DNA from: Lama glama
Lineage: Eukaryota
Assembly (NCBI GenBank): GCA_028534125.1
Contig: CM052816.1
Coordinates: 88,042,001 to 88,106,000 of the forward strand
Length of the DNA stretch: 64,000 nt
Reading direction: 5' to 3'
Made by a program: the position numbers and the translations under genes. Positions 25,850 through 38,670 of this stretch are shown piece by piece; within the stretch, counting starts at the first letter, position 1, and the number at the start of each line of letters is the position of its first letter. The notes under the pieces were generated by a model, which did not search any database, was not told the DNA's origin, and saw only the letters and a list, made by a program, of their open reading frames with translations.

Positions 25850-27800
25850 TACTGATTTGGTGTCAACATAATCTTGCCTGTATGTTTTCAGTCAGTATTT
25901 GCCTGATATATCTTTACCTGTCTTTTTACTTTCAACCTACAGATGTTGTATTTGAAGTTAGTTTCATGTTGTGGACTTAGCTTATTTAGAACATTACATT
26001 TAGTTAACTATTGATCTGTTACGACGTGTCCATCATTTTTAATTTGTTTTCAGTTTGTTTACTAAGTACCCTTTCCTCTGTTTCTCTTTATTTGCTTTTC
26101 TTTGGGTTATATGAACACTTTAGGATTCCATCTTTATTTAGGGTTTGGGGCCTATCATTTTCATCAGTTTCCTCAGTTACTCCAGTTAAAACAACGTACA
26201 TACATAACTTATCACAGTCTGCTGTTATGGCTGTTTGACCATTTTGAGTAAAGTATTTCGGTACATTATGCCTTATTTCTGTGCAGATCCCACTTTAATC
26301 TTCCTACTTTGAAAGTATAATTATATTAACTATTTCTTCAACATCCATTGAGCACCTTATTAGAGTGTAATAATTTTTGCTTCAACTATTAAATGTTAAT
26401 AAATTCATGAAAAGTATGATACTATTATAGTAACCCTTATTTTTACCCATTTGGATGGATTTTTTTTTTAACATTCTAAGCCTCCTTTTTTTCCTTTTTC
26501 ATTTGGAGTACTTCCACCAGTCATCCTTTAAAGGTAAATTTACTAGAAACAGATACTCTTAGTTTTCCCTCATTTCACAATGTCTTTATTTTTCTTTAAT
26601 CACTGAAGAGTATCATTGCTGAATATAGAATTCACAGTTGACAGCTTTTTCTTTCAGCACTTAGAAAATCTTATTCACTTTCTTCTGGCTTATGTGGTTT
26701 CAGATGAGAAATCTAATATCATTTAATTATTATTCTATAAAATGTGTAATTTTTCTCTGTCTGCTTTCCAGATTTTTGTCATTCACTTTCAGAAGTTTAA
26801 TTATGAAGGGTCTTGGCATGGATTTCTTTGGGTTTAACCTATTCAGGATTTGCTCTGCTTCTTGAATATTTAGCTTTATATTTTCCACCAAATTTGGAAA
26901 GTTTTCAGTCATTATTTCCTGAATAATTTTTAGTCCCATGCTTGCTTTCCTCTCTTTCTTGGGATGCTGGTGACAGTGAATATTCTCTCTTTTATTATCA
27001 TCCTTTAGGTCTCTGAGATTTTTTTTTCCTCTCCAGTCAGTTTTATTTGTTGTCCAGACCAAATAAATTGCATTTGCATGTCTTTAAGTTCATCGATTCC
27101 ATCCTCTGTCTTCACTTTCCTATTGTACCCATACAGTGAGTGTGTCATTTCTATTATTGTATTTTTCAGTCCTAAAATTTCCATTTGGTTACTTTTTATA
27201 ACTTCTAAATCATTGTTAGAATTTTTTTACTTTCATTTTCCAAGAGAATGCATAATTGCTTATTTAAATATCTGTGCAGTGGCTTCTTTAAAATTCTTGC
27301 CAGGTGACCAGCCTCTTGGATGGATTGGCAGGTGCCGGTCCTACTTAGTGTTGTTGGTATCTGTTGATTCTCTTTCATTCAAGTTGTGGTTTTCCTAGTT
27401 CTTGGCATGACAAGTGATTTTTGTACCGTATCCTGGATATTGTTGATACTATGAGATTCTGGAATTTTCTTTTTTTAACGGATGGTATTCTGTTGATTTG
27501 TAAGCAAGACAGGTGGGTGAGCATTCATGTTCAGCTTGCTGTTGGGCCCCGCTAATGGCTCTCCCAAAAGTGCAGACTGGTGAGGTGGCAGTTCAGCTCT
27601 GCCCTCCACCCATGGATGACTTCCTGCTGGAAGTGGGGCACGGACTCACACATCTTCGTTGCCTTCACGTAGGGATATAAGCTCAGTTTCCTGATTGAGC
27701 TCACTGACATCCGAGAGGGGGAAGCGGATGCTGGTTCACACCACCTTGTTGCTTCTAAAGAGTAGGGCTGAGGATAGGCTCTGAAAGAAGCTTTGCTAGT
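25850..27800 (-). mobile_element. Old L1 fragment containing ORF1 remnant and 5' region
   Basis: ORF 26730-27062(-) gives LRDLKDDNKRENI...IIQEIMTENFPNL...NIQEAEQILNRLNPKKSMPRPFIIKLLK, which is clearly L1 ORF1p-like; flanks are degenerate L1. Confidence 0.85.
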
Positions 27801-27899
27801 CACTGGTGATCCTATTACAAGTTCTTACTTTTATCATACTTATCCTTACAGCTCAAATACTCCATGCCAGCCGATCCCCATGGAATACATAAGCGATAG

Positions 27900-28165
27900 C
27901 ACTGCGTATTTGTTCATGACGTGGACTCTGGGGTAGGGTTTGAATCCCAGTTTCATACTGAAGTATGAATATCTTTATACATATGTAAAATCTTCTGATG
28001 CACAGCTCTCTGTGTCACCCGTCCGTGTCTCAGTTTTCTCATCTTTAACATGGGAGTGCTGAGAGCTTGTAGTGTGGTTCTGAGACAACGAGAATCGAAT
28101 GCAAGAAAAGCACCTAGAACGATGCCTGGCAAAGTCTAAACATCAGCGATTCAGTTTCTTTCAAT
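27900..28165 (+). mobile_element. MIR
   Basis: gggtttgaatcccagtt...gtctcagttttctcatctttaacatggg...aaagcacctagaacgatgcctggc. Confidence 0.7.
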
Positions 28166-28204
28166 ATTAGTTTTAGTTGCGTGTGGAGGACATAAATCCA
28201 GTTC

Positions 28205-28320
28205 TGCTCAAGACAGTACCATTTTCATTGTTGTCTCAATGTCATGATTAATAGTGCCCTCGTTAACCCACAGAAGTGTCCCAGTTTAGGCAGTAGATTA
28301 TATAATTTATCTATTTATAT
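28205..28320. mobile_element. hAT-Blackjack-like MITE fragment (MER94/MER81-like)
   Basis: gattaatagtgccctc...aagtgtcccagtttaggcagtagattatat resembles this family; subfamily uncertain. Confidence 0.45.
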
Positions 28321-28810
28321 ATTGTTGATTATGTAACAGTCGTTTACTGAGTCACTCAAAATTCTTGAACTCTATGGCATCTGCATTCTTTATTCTGCTG
28401 AACACAGTATGAAACGTTCTATTCAAAGGCTATTTCAAATAGTGAATTAGAGCAGAAATATGCAGTTCAATTTCCCAGGATATGGAGCAGGGAGGTCTTT
28501 TGACATGGAAGAAGGAGCACTAAACTGGCAGTTAAGAGAAGTTGCATCAATACGTTTAGAAGACTGTTTTATTTCTATTCTCAACCACTGATATAATTAA
28601 AATGCTCCATGGCTCAGTTTTTCTCCTTCTTAAGAAGACGAGGTTGGACTAGATAATCTATAAAGATCCTTCTAAAATTTGACTCTGAAATTATATAGCT
28701 ATTAATGTAGATATATATATATACACACACATATAAGGATATGGTTATGGATAAAAAAAGGGATATGGGCCATAGCCTTAAACTTCTCTGTTTTATAACT
28801 AACTCATTTT

Positions 28811-28977
28811 AGGACTGGATTTATGGGCATGACCTGTGCATTTGCACAGAAGGATCCTGAGTCCCTGAATTTGGTTAAATTTTCTGCTGCCACCATTATG
28901 AAGTTTTCATTCATTTTGAACAAGGTGTCCCGTATTTTAATCTTGCACTGGGCCTTCAAGTTTTGTAGCTGGTCCTG
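28811..28977 (+). mobile_element. MER91A-like hAT-Tip100 MITE
   Basis: aggactggatttatgggcatgacctgtgca...ttgcactgggccttcaagttttgtagctggtcctg follows recalled MER91A end to end. Degenerate 8-bp TSD ctcatttt / ttcatttc. Confidence 0.8.
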
Positions 28978-30061
28978 TTCATTTCTCAATGAAAGTCTTC
29001 TTTAGAAAACCACCAAATTAACCAAGCAATGATTAAGGAAAAGATTTCTGCGGTTAAACGTCAAATTCTAAGTCATTTTACATAGCAACATTAGCGATCT
29101 TGGCTCCCGTTTTCTATTTCTTTGTGTCTGTTCTTTCCGAGTTGAAGAACAGTCCATTCTGGAGTTGCCACACGAGTGAGTGAAATGGCAAAAGGACTCT
29201 CAGTGATGTCGAACACCAGTGTGTAATTATAAAGCAACGGCACAGCCCCAGAGGACTCTCTTGTGTCTTGGCGTCGGCTAGGGTGTCTTGGTTAAGTCAA
29301 AACCTTAACTGATTAAAACTTAGGTTCATATTTTATTTTCTATACACAAATATTAGGGAGAAGTTCCTGACACAAAAAAATTACTGTCTGGAAAAAAATA
29401 AAGTCAACTTTGGAATTAAAACATATGTCAGCAATTGGTTACATGAAATTTAAGAATAAAATAAATATTATGCAAATATATCACCTACTTTAAATTTTTA
29501 CTGTAAGCTTTTTTAAAAAATAAACAACTAACTTTAAATAGAACAAGATATATATTTTATATATACGTGTATATATATATATATATATATCTGTGCCCTG
29601 CTCATATATTGCTCACACTAGTCAATGACAACCCGCTCCAGTGGTCTCTGTGGGTTTGACATTGTTTGGGGTTTAAATATTGGGATTTTACATTCCACTA
29701 CCCTTGTGTTTCCCTCAGGCTAGTGAAGTAACTCATAAAAAGACCATACTTAATATTGCAAAGAAATGACACTATTAAACAAGTAGAAATTGGAGTTACT
29801 TTGCTAGTGTTATGATGCAAAATGTTTTAGAATTTTGAATATGTATCTATGCATGTGTGTGTGTTTATATACATATACACATTATACATGATTATATATT
29901 TCTATGGATACATATATTCTCAAAATTTCTTTTACTATAAAAATTAAAATATAAGAAAAATTAATAGAACACTAGTTGATGCAATTAAAAATATAAGAAC
30001 CTAGGCAGAGAGTCAGAAAACCTGGATCTAGGCCTACTGCTTTTCTAACTACATGTGCAAC

Positions 30062-30523
30062 TGCATTAGTCTCTTACAGTGGCTGTAAGGCATTGCTGCA
30101 AACTTAGTGCATTAAAACAACATGAGTTTAGTAGCTCCTAGTACTGGAGGTGAAAAGTCCAAAATGGACCTATGGTCCAAAATCCAGAGCTGCACTGCGT
30201 CTGGAGGTTCTAGAGGAGAATCCATTTCTTGCCTTTTCTACCTTCTAGAGACCGGCTGCGTTCCTTGTCTATGGTCTTTTTCCTCATTTTGGAACCACAT
30301 CACTTCAGCCTCTCTACCAGGCCTCTCATCTCTGTCGCTCTAACTCTCCTTCTTCCTTGTGTAAGAACCCCCGTGACTCCAGTGGGTCCGCTCAGATGAC
30401 CAAGGCTTATGGGGTCCTTGGGCAGTTACCCTGCAGCACCCTCACTGCCGTGCTCGGCAGCACAGCAGCAGCTCCCAGGCATTAGGATGTGGGCGTCTGG
30501 GGGCCAGTTTTCTGTCTACGACA
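30062..30523 (-). mobile_element. MLT1 (MaLR) solo LTR, MLT1C/D-like
   Basis: tgcattagtctc...ttaaaacaaca...ctggaggttctagaggagaatccatttcttgccttttc...gggggccagttttctgtctacgaca. Confidence 0.8.
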
Positions 30524-30971
30524 ATAGACACTCTCCACTTTCAGATCTGAAGATACGATACTCTTCCACATAACACTCTTTCCACTGTCTGCCTTGTCTC
30601 TCTTATTCTGAAGTCAAAGAACACCCACCATTTGCTAAACGTCTAGTCTCAAAGTTTTGGCACAAAGGGTGCCTAGAATTCAATTGCATCTAAGTATACA
30701 ATCACTAATTTAAGATTGATTTAGAGTAACAGACTCTGAATCCAGTTTCTTAATGGGAATGACCAGTCACACTTTTCAAGTTAAGTTTTCAGCATAAATT
30801 GACAAATTATTCATAATTTGAAACATCTGGGATCAAAATTTTAAAAAATCTATATAATGAAAAATGAATGTATTAATTTAAGTACATATGCTATTTAAAC
30901 GACTCATTATCTTAATTCCTATATTTTAATAACCATTGAACAACCTCAGAAACCATTATCTTGTTCCAAAA

Positions 30972-31471
30972 NNNNNNNNNNNNNNNNNNNNNNNNNNNNN
31001 NNNNNNNNNNNNNNNNNNNNNNNNNNNNNNNNNNNNNNNNNNNNNNNNNNNNNNNNNNNNNNNNNNNNNNNNNNNNNNNNNNNNNNNNNNNNNNNNNNNN
31101 NNNNNNNNNNNNNNNNNNNNNNNNNNNNNNNNNNNNNNNNNNNNNNNNNNNNNNNNNNNNNNNNNNNNNNNNNNNNNNNNNNNNNNNNNNNNNNNNNNNN
31201 NNNNNNNNNNNNNNNNNNNNNNNNNNNNNNNNNNNNNNNNNNNNNNNNNNNNNNNNNNNNNNNNNNNNNNNNNNNNNNNNNNNNNNNNNNNNNNNNNNNN
31301 NNNNNNNNNNNNNNNNNNNNNNNNNNNNNNNNNNNNNNNNNNNNNNNNNNNNNNNNNNNNNNNNNNNNNNNNNNNNNNNNNNNNNNNNNNNNNNNNNNNN
31401 NNNNNNNNNNNNNNNNNNNNNNNNNNNNNNNNNNNNNNNNNNNNNNNNNNNNNNNNNNNNNNNNNNNNNNN
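30972..31471. other. Assembly gap, exactly 500 N
   Basis: Run of N; the round length suggests a placeholder of unknown true size. Confidence 0.99.
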
Positions 31472-33649
31472 TGTTCTTCTTACTGTTAATCTACACAGTA
31501 TTTCATTAAACCCTAAGAACTGTATGTTGTACTTTTCACTACACTATATTTTTGGTCAACAAAGAACAAACTGAGGTGGGAAGAAGTTCCAGTAGCCAAC
31601 AACAAGGGAAGGAATAGACCTGGGACTCAATTATTCTAATAATGATGACCACCATTTATTCAGTGTGTACAGAGTCAGATAGTGTGGTAAATTATCAATA
31701 CATAGGTTATATTCAGGTCAGCCTTATAATAGATCTTCCAAACTTGAATATTTTGATCTGGAACAAATGTCAACTAGATGAGGAGATAGGAAATGGCTGT
31801 AATCCAGGATCTTCCCTGATAAACCAGGGTGTAGGATCATGGTAACTCCACATTGTACAAAAACTTTCAGATAAATGTAGTCACTCTATATTTTAAATTT
31901 GGGAAGATGAGGCATAAAAACTGTTTCTTGGCAAACATAACTGGCAAGCAGTATTGCCACCCATCCGGCATTGGAGTCAAACACTTCAATGTTGAACCAT
32001 CCTTCCCACCCAGAATTATTAATCAGTCCTTTTCAGGGCCCCTTTTCTTGCACCAAACACAAGCACTCAGTGTCCCCACGATGCACCAAAGCCTGTTCTT
32101 CTTTCCTACTGTCCACTCTTTAAATATTTGAGGTGCTATTTCAACTAAATCACAAATTTTTGCCTCTATTTCCTGTATCACTAGCTAACTGGTAGAGTTT
32201 GTTATGTTATTAACGAATACCAAAATCTCAGTGACTTGTACTGCGTTGCCCTGAGGAAAACTATGTGATATTTGAAGTGAATGATTCTGAGCAGCAATTC
32301 AGGACAGCATCTGGGGCTGTGGGATTTTCCAGACCATGTGAGGGCAGTGTCTATCATCAGCCATACTGGCTTATGAGGAAAACAAATCATAATGACCCGG
32401 AATTGTTTCTCTGTCTCTCAAGTACACCTTATACATTTGAAAATTGAGAATTCATTCTTATTATGAAAGTGATACATGCTTGGACTGGAATAGTCTCTAT
32501 CTGCCTCCACAAGAAAAATAATTAAGCTAAACCCTTCACTGCCCTAGATAAGCCTGGGGGTGGGGGGAAGGAAACAGTAGAGAAAAGGAGAGAATGACAG
32601 AAAGTAGGAATCAATGAAGGATATGATGAAAAGGGGGAAAAATTATAAAAGAAGAAAGAGAGGTAATGCCTTGGAATCCTTAGTGAACTGTAATCAATCT
32701 CTCTGCCCCACCCTCTCACCAACTCCCCTACCTTAAGTTCTCAGTAACTTGCTATCTGCTTCCTGGCTAGTTGGAAAATAAGATATATGTTATGAAAAGA
32801 TAATTATCACTATGTATTATTTTTTACCAACCATAGATTATGCACCTAACTACCATGTCACTACATCTTGGACTGGAAAATGTTTTATTTCCATGTATCT
32901 GAAAGGTCTTTGATGACTAGAAAAGAGAGAAAAAAAAAGTATTAGAGTCAATTTTTGCAAGCTTAAACCGCCTTCTGTTTTGTTTTCCAAACAGAGAGAA
33001 CCTTCTCCCATTTCATGACTGAGAGACAGCCACTTGGTTTCGTATGTTAGCTGTTGACTGGGCAGTGACGCTATCTCTGTGGTTTCCCACTTCTCCTTCA
33101 TTCTCTAGGAGAGCTTTCATGATCATAAATCTCCTTCTGTGTCCCATCTATCCTGAAAAATCTGTGCAGGGAGAGCCAATTCTGACTTGTCTAGCATGAT
33201 CTATACTGTAATTAATGGATGAGTGAAGAATCAAGAAGTAAAATCAAGAATGATTAAAGAACCCATAAAATGCATCTGCTTTGAGAGAAGGAACATGAAA
33301 ATTAGCGGAATGATTTATACAGCAAATGTTACAAATCACCCCAAATACAAGATGGAATGTAGATCTTGCCATTCTTTGGATTATTCCAAAGACTAGTAAA
33401 GTGACATTGAAAAGATAAAATATTCGATGACATTAATCATTTTATTAGCAATGAGTGAAGAGTTTCAAAAGTAAATATGCAACTGAGAATTAGTTTACAT
33501 GACATAGAAAAAGCTCTTGATAAATTAACAAGAAACATGAGCACACATTTTAAAGATGAAAGACACAAATGGCCAATAAACTCTAATCCCCACATAGCAC
33601 TGTATTGCCCCTCTCCCGCCTCTGTCTCCCAACCTTCTCCAATTCTTGA

Positions 33650-34920
33650 CAAGTGTCCAGAGTGCTCTTTGGAGTATGCAGTCCATCATAAGCAACCTCC
33701 CACATCTCCTCAATCTCTTATTTCCTATTTCCTTCCCCTTCTTGCTCTAACCAACACTGAGGTTTCCCCTGAGAACATTTCTGCTCCAAAAATTCTTGTC
33801 AAATGATGGCTGATTCCCCCAACCCCCCACCACATTCTATGTGCTGGGAACTCTGGAGGTGATAATGAGTGTTTAATTATCTTTGCTGTCATTTCTGGAT
33901 CATTCTTCTGTTCTCCCTAAAGCCTCTCAAAAACCACATAGCCCACTGTTAGTCTCTCTCCAGTACTACCCCTGGCATAATATTCTCAGTGACTTCAGTA
34001 TTCAGAGATGATAGATGATCATTCTAAATCTCCAGCCCCATTTTTTTGTTTCCTTGAACTAACTCCCTCTCGGACATACACCTACAAAGCTACACAAAAA
34101 CTACACATATACACACAATGGTTTTTGTCATGGAACTAGCCACTCACCTTTGTGGTCATAGTCAATTGTTTTTATCATCATCATTGTTATTTTCGGTAAC
34201 TGTAGTTTTCATAGCCTCAATTTAAAGCATCTTAATTTCTGATCATAATCTTTCCCATTCTTTCCCCTCTAATAACTCAACATTTCCCTCTAAACCCCCC
34301 CCCAGGAACTATTATTCATTAATTGTAATATATATTTTAATTTAATTTCTCCTATCCATAACCACATCCTTTCTTACTCATCCTAAATGTTCTGGTGGAT
34401 TAATATTAGCAGTCCTTTGTGTACAACTTGGAGTTCTTTGCCCTGATTCTGGTTAAATCCACCTCTGTGTTTACTCCATACCTACAATAATGGCAGTGTA
34501 ATGTGGCCAGTGGAACTAAAATTCAGTCATGCTGACTTGCCTGCCATGACTTCGAACTCCAGGTGGTCCTCCCGTATACTGATTGGCTGTCCCACAAATT
34601 TCCCCTTGTCCCTTCAGTCTGCTGCTAGCCTAGAAACTCTTCTTTGTATGTTATTCTGTTTTCTCAAACCTCCAACAACTTCACCATGCTATCTCTAAAT
34701 TGATATCCAGTTCAGTCTTTATTGAGAAGATAAAAGCAGTCAGAAGAGGATGCCTTCCCATCGCTTCTACCACTGTCCCCACATCTGTGCACCTACACTT
34801 GGCCTTCACTTTCACTATTCTGGGTGAAGGCCAAGCCCTCCACCAACACACTCATTTCCTTTCACTTTGCCTGTTCAATGACATCATTCAAATGAGTCCT
34901 GTCTTCCTTTCCCCTTTCCC
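33650..34920 (+). mobile_element. Degenerate L2 ORF2 segment
   Basis: Pyrimidine-rich sense strand with remnants LSDFSI (endonuclease GDFNI-like motif) and FIEKIKAVRR (seen in ORF 34700). Confidence 0.6.
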
Positions 34921-36896
34921 GTGGAACTAGGGATATCAAATCCTGTTTTAGAGCGTGAAGAGGGTTGCTTAATTGCTGGGATTAATAAAATGCTTTTTGT
35001 TGTTAGTCCTGTCTTCAAAAGCTCCTTTGGCCCATTTTTCAAGCCATAAGGCTGTCACCTTCACAGGGATCAGTAACGTTAGTGGCTAGAATGGTCTTGT
35101 CTAAAACATGTTGGAGTTGAAGGAAAATCACCCAGAGAGGGAGAGGCAGAGAGACAGTGCGGTTTGGCATTCTTTGGAAACTGAACTAAGATTTTCATTT
35201 CATTCTGGTCAACAAGCCAAGGTTCCTTCGAAAAATGTCCATCAAATGCTAGGAGATACGGAAGTGTATCTTGTCTGTGCAAACCTCAACTGCAGCATTG
35301 AAGCCACATCAACAATTACGGCACTGAGTTGCCTAAGGCAGCCCAAAGTAGGATAGTCTGATTCCCAGGGCATCCGACACCACCCCAAGGTCAGTCGGTA
35401 GTGTGGAAAACTCAATTTGCATTTCTCAGTTCTGGTCTGAGATTTTTGAGATTTCTGAGCAAAAATATGCACAACACATCAAAGCATCTGACATATGATC
35501 TTTTTTCAAAAAAAGGTTACAGATCAATCTGAACTTTCAAGCGAGATGAAAGACTCTAACATCTAAAGAAAGATGACAAGATGTGTATTTTCATGACAAA
35601 ATATAATTTAAAACCTCTTCAGATCCTCCCCCATAAGATGCCAGGAATCATTTCTTTTTTTTTTTCACCAAAAGCATATAACTGGAGTCATAATTCACAT
35701 CCAAGAAAAAGGAATAGAAAGTTGGTATGATATTAAAGTCTACTGTCAAGTGTGCTGTGTGTGTTTCCTGGCCTGTTTTTGCTGCAGTCACAGGGCACGC
35801 TCTGTGTATACACTTAGTCTTATTCATTAAACACTAAATATTGAGAAACAATTTCCTGTGATACAGAAAATTATCTATTATTGCATACAGGTGCTCAGAT
35901 GGATGCTTATAGTTCTTGTATCTAAATTTAGCTGACAGGATGCAAAAATAGGCACAGAAATGGTAAATCAAGGAAAAACCAAATTGGTTCCAATGAATAA
36001 ATATGTGGAACTATTTCTTATAATTGACAGTGTCACTTTGCGTGGCGACAGTTGCTTCTATTAAAATGTAACATATCGCTTTTAGATTTGACCGTGGGTG
36101 GCGCATTGTCAAAAGAAAACTCCATGGGTTTTGATGGGAAAATACTCATAGATGAAATTCAAGAGTCACACTCAGAGGCATTTGTATCAATAGCTGCGGC
36201 ACAAGTCATATCATACCAGAGAGTTATTGTCAAGTATAATTAGAGACTTATCTCATTTTCTGTTTTTCACTTAGAAGATAAAGGATCTGTTGAGTCAAAT
36301 GTTTCAGCAGTACAATGTTTTAGAGAAGATTTGAGAGGCAGTTTCCTTCAGAGCCACTCTTGCATGTATTCATGAATCTTTTTTCAATTGTCTCTTTTTT
36401 TTTCTCAAGGGAAAAAGTGTAAAATGCATTGTGATTTGCAGGAAGACAAGACTTGTGCTAAAGCCACGTGAATGTGGCCTCGGGAAACATTCAGGATTTG
36501 ATTCTCCAAACTTAGGGGGTGGTGGTCATGCTGTAACCTGGGTTTTTTTCTTTGCTTTTAAATTTTTCTCTCTTGGGTTTGTTTGTTGCTTGTGTTTTGT
36601 TTTCAGCTTCTCCATGCCAAGAAAAGGACAACCAGATTCTATATTAAGTTTAATACGTCATGTTCTTCAAGAAGATCTACACTGACATGCACAACTGTCT
36701 GTAATGGTTCTCACTGTTTATCTCAGCCAGGAAAAAGCATTAGCTAAGTAGGACAATGTAAGAATTTCTAAATAATATAGTTATTTCTAGTATCAACTGA
36801 AAAACTCAGAGAAGGGACAACTTCAGTAAAATCTTTATAAAAAGTGGCTACATTTGAATAATTGCAGATAGTAAGTATTCCAAACAAAATTTTTAT

Positions 36897-37343
36897 TGTT
36901 CCTGCAGAACTGGCCACTGTACCCTGAAAACCGGATTGAAACTCAGAGGCAGAATTTTGGGAAAATCAGAAAAGGACAGCTTTGTTGCTTTGCCAGGCAA
37001 AGGGGAGCCAAAGGAAGCTGATGCCTTAGACACCGTCTTGGGGTTGGAGTCTTGAGGTTTTATAGAAAAACTGGCTGCAACAGTAAAGGTGAGAGCAATC
37101 AGGGCATTTTACAGGGTGTTACATTCCTCTTACCCTCGAATTTCCTGGTTGTCATGGAGGAACTCCAGAGGGTCTGTCTATTCTTCTGAGATTATTGGCC
37201 CATTACCTCCTTCCTGGGGCACAGCCTCTGGGTTAAATCTATTCTCGGTGAAGAATGTCTGGGGAGGGGAGAGCACACCGGCAGGGAAGCCAGTTTGTCA
37301 GTTTGCCTCTCACTCATTCAGCATCAGCCTCAAACTTGTCACA
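36897..37343 (-). mobile_element. ERV1-type solo LTR
   Basis: TG...CA ends; agctttgttgctttgccaggcaaagggg...gctgatgcc...gttttatag is typical of antisense ERV1 LTRs. Near-TSD ttat/ttaa. Confidence 0.65.
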
Positions 37344-37934
37344 TTAAAGAAAGCTATGAAGTCCTGGCATTGTCCAACACTAACATGACTTAAAGGAGCT
37401 ATCTTCCATCTTTGAGAAGTCAGCCCTAAGGGATAGAATACAGGGGAAGGACAGCAGTGGGCCAAGTAAAACATTGAAAGTCGTTCCTACCATTGAAGGT
37501 TTGAGACGTAGTAGTAGAAACTAGAAAGTGTCGCAAGCAGCAACGGATAGCCAGCAACTGAACACGGCGTCCCATTTTCATTTCTGTTCACAGCCTTACT
37601 GTTTCTCCCCCAGTTCACGGGGGAAAAGCACCCAGTGATGGCAGTGATTTTAGTTTCCTATTTCAAAGTTTGAATGGGCAACACTGTTTGTGGAGTTCTT
37701 GCAGTCTGAGTGCTGACTGCTTTAAATGGGAAGAGTAAGTTAGCACAGAGAGGAAGGAGAGAGGGGCTAACCGTCCTCTGGGGATGCAGAGCTCTCTTTG
37801 CTTCATTCATATCTGAGTCTCTAATTCTGAGCCTGAACAAGAAGATTTTTCTTATTATTTGATTAGGATGGTCCTGCCTGGGTGCTTCCTGTCCTTTCCT
37901 TTTCTTTCTTCCACCCCACCCCCTTCTTTCTTTC

Positions 37935-38121
37935 TTTTATGGAAGAATCGTTGATTTACAATGTTTCAGGTGTACAGGAAAGTGATTCAGTTATACATAT
38001 AAGTGTATTTATATAAACATATATTTGATACTCTTTTTCATTATAGGTTATTATAAGATATTGAATTTAGTTCCCTCTGCTGCACAGTAAATCCTTGCTG
38101 TTTATCTATTTTGTATATAGT
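37935..38121 (-). mobile_element. 5'-truncated L1 3' end
   Basis: gttgatttacaatgtttcaggtgtacaggaaagtgattcagttatacat...gttccctctgctgcacagtaaatccttgctgtttatctatttt, homologous to the 57170 copy. Confidence 0.8.
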
Positions 38122-38539
38122 AACCCCAAAGCTCTTGACTTTCTCCACTATGAACACAGAACACATCCACTAGCTCACAACTGTTGGCAGCATACCTGCA
38201 TTTCCCACCATCAGCCACAAGTCTTTAATTCTGTGGAAGAGAAGCTTTGATTCACCCATGTCAATGATGTTAAAAAAAAATACTGATCTAAAATCCCACC
38301 TAAGACTGTGATAAGTAGTTTCATGGAAAATAAGAAACATTGTGTTGGCTAAAAAATATACCAAAATCCCCATGACTTCCAGGATCTGTCTTTGAAGCAG
38401 CGTCCCTAACTTATGGAAACAAAGTAATAATAAAATTGTCAAGTATTGAGAAGCAAAAGATTTATAGGTCTGGCTATTCTAGAGGGATTGCTACGTATTC
38501 TGAACAGGATCATTAAAGAAACTAGAAATAGTCCAGCTA

Positions 38540-38670
38540 ATAGAGGACATGGGGAGCGTCAGGAAATGTTGAAGCCGTCTCCAGGTATTTGAAGAGCTGG
38601 AAGGAAGACTCTGACAGTTCAGTTCTGCTCTAGGAGACAAGCGAAGGCCTACTAGGAGGAAGCAGTTTCT
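38540..38670 (+). mobile_element. L3/CR1 fragment
   Basis: gccgtctccaggtatttgaagagctggaaggaagac resembles the L3 3' ORF2 region. Confidence 0.45.

Noticed and set aside
26730..27062. 110-aa ORF as a host gene
   Set aside because: It is a decayed L1 ORF1p remnant within a broken L1.
30936..31574. Long ORFs of 212 and 182 aa in the ORF track
   Set aside because: Artefacts of translating through the 500-N gap.
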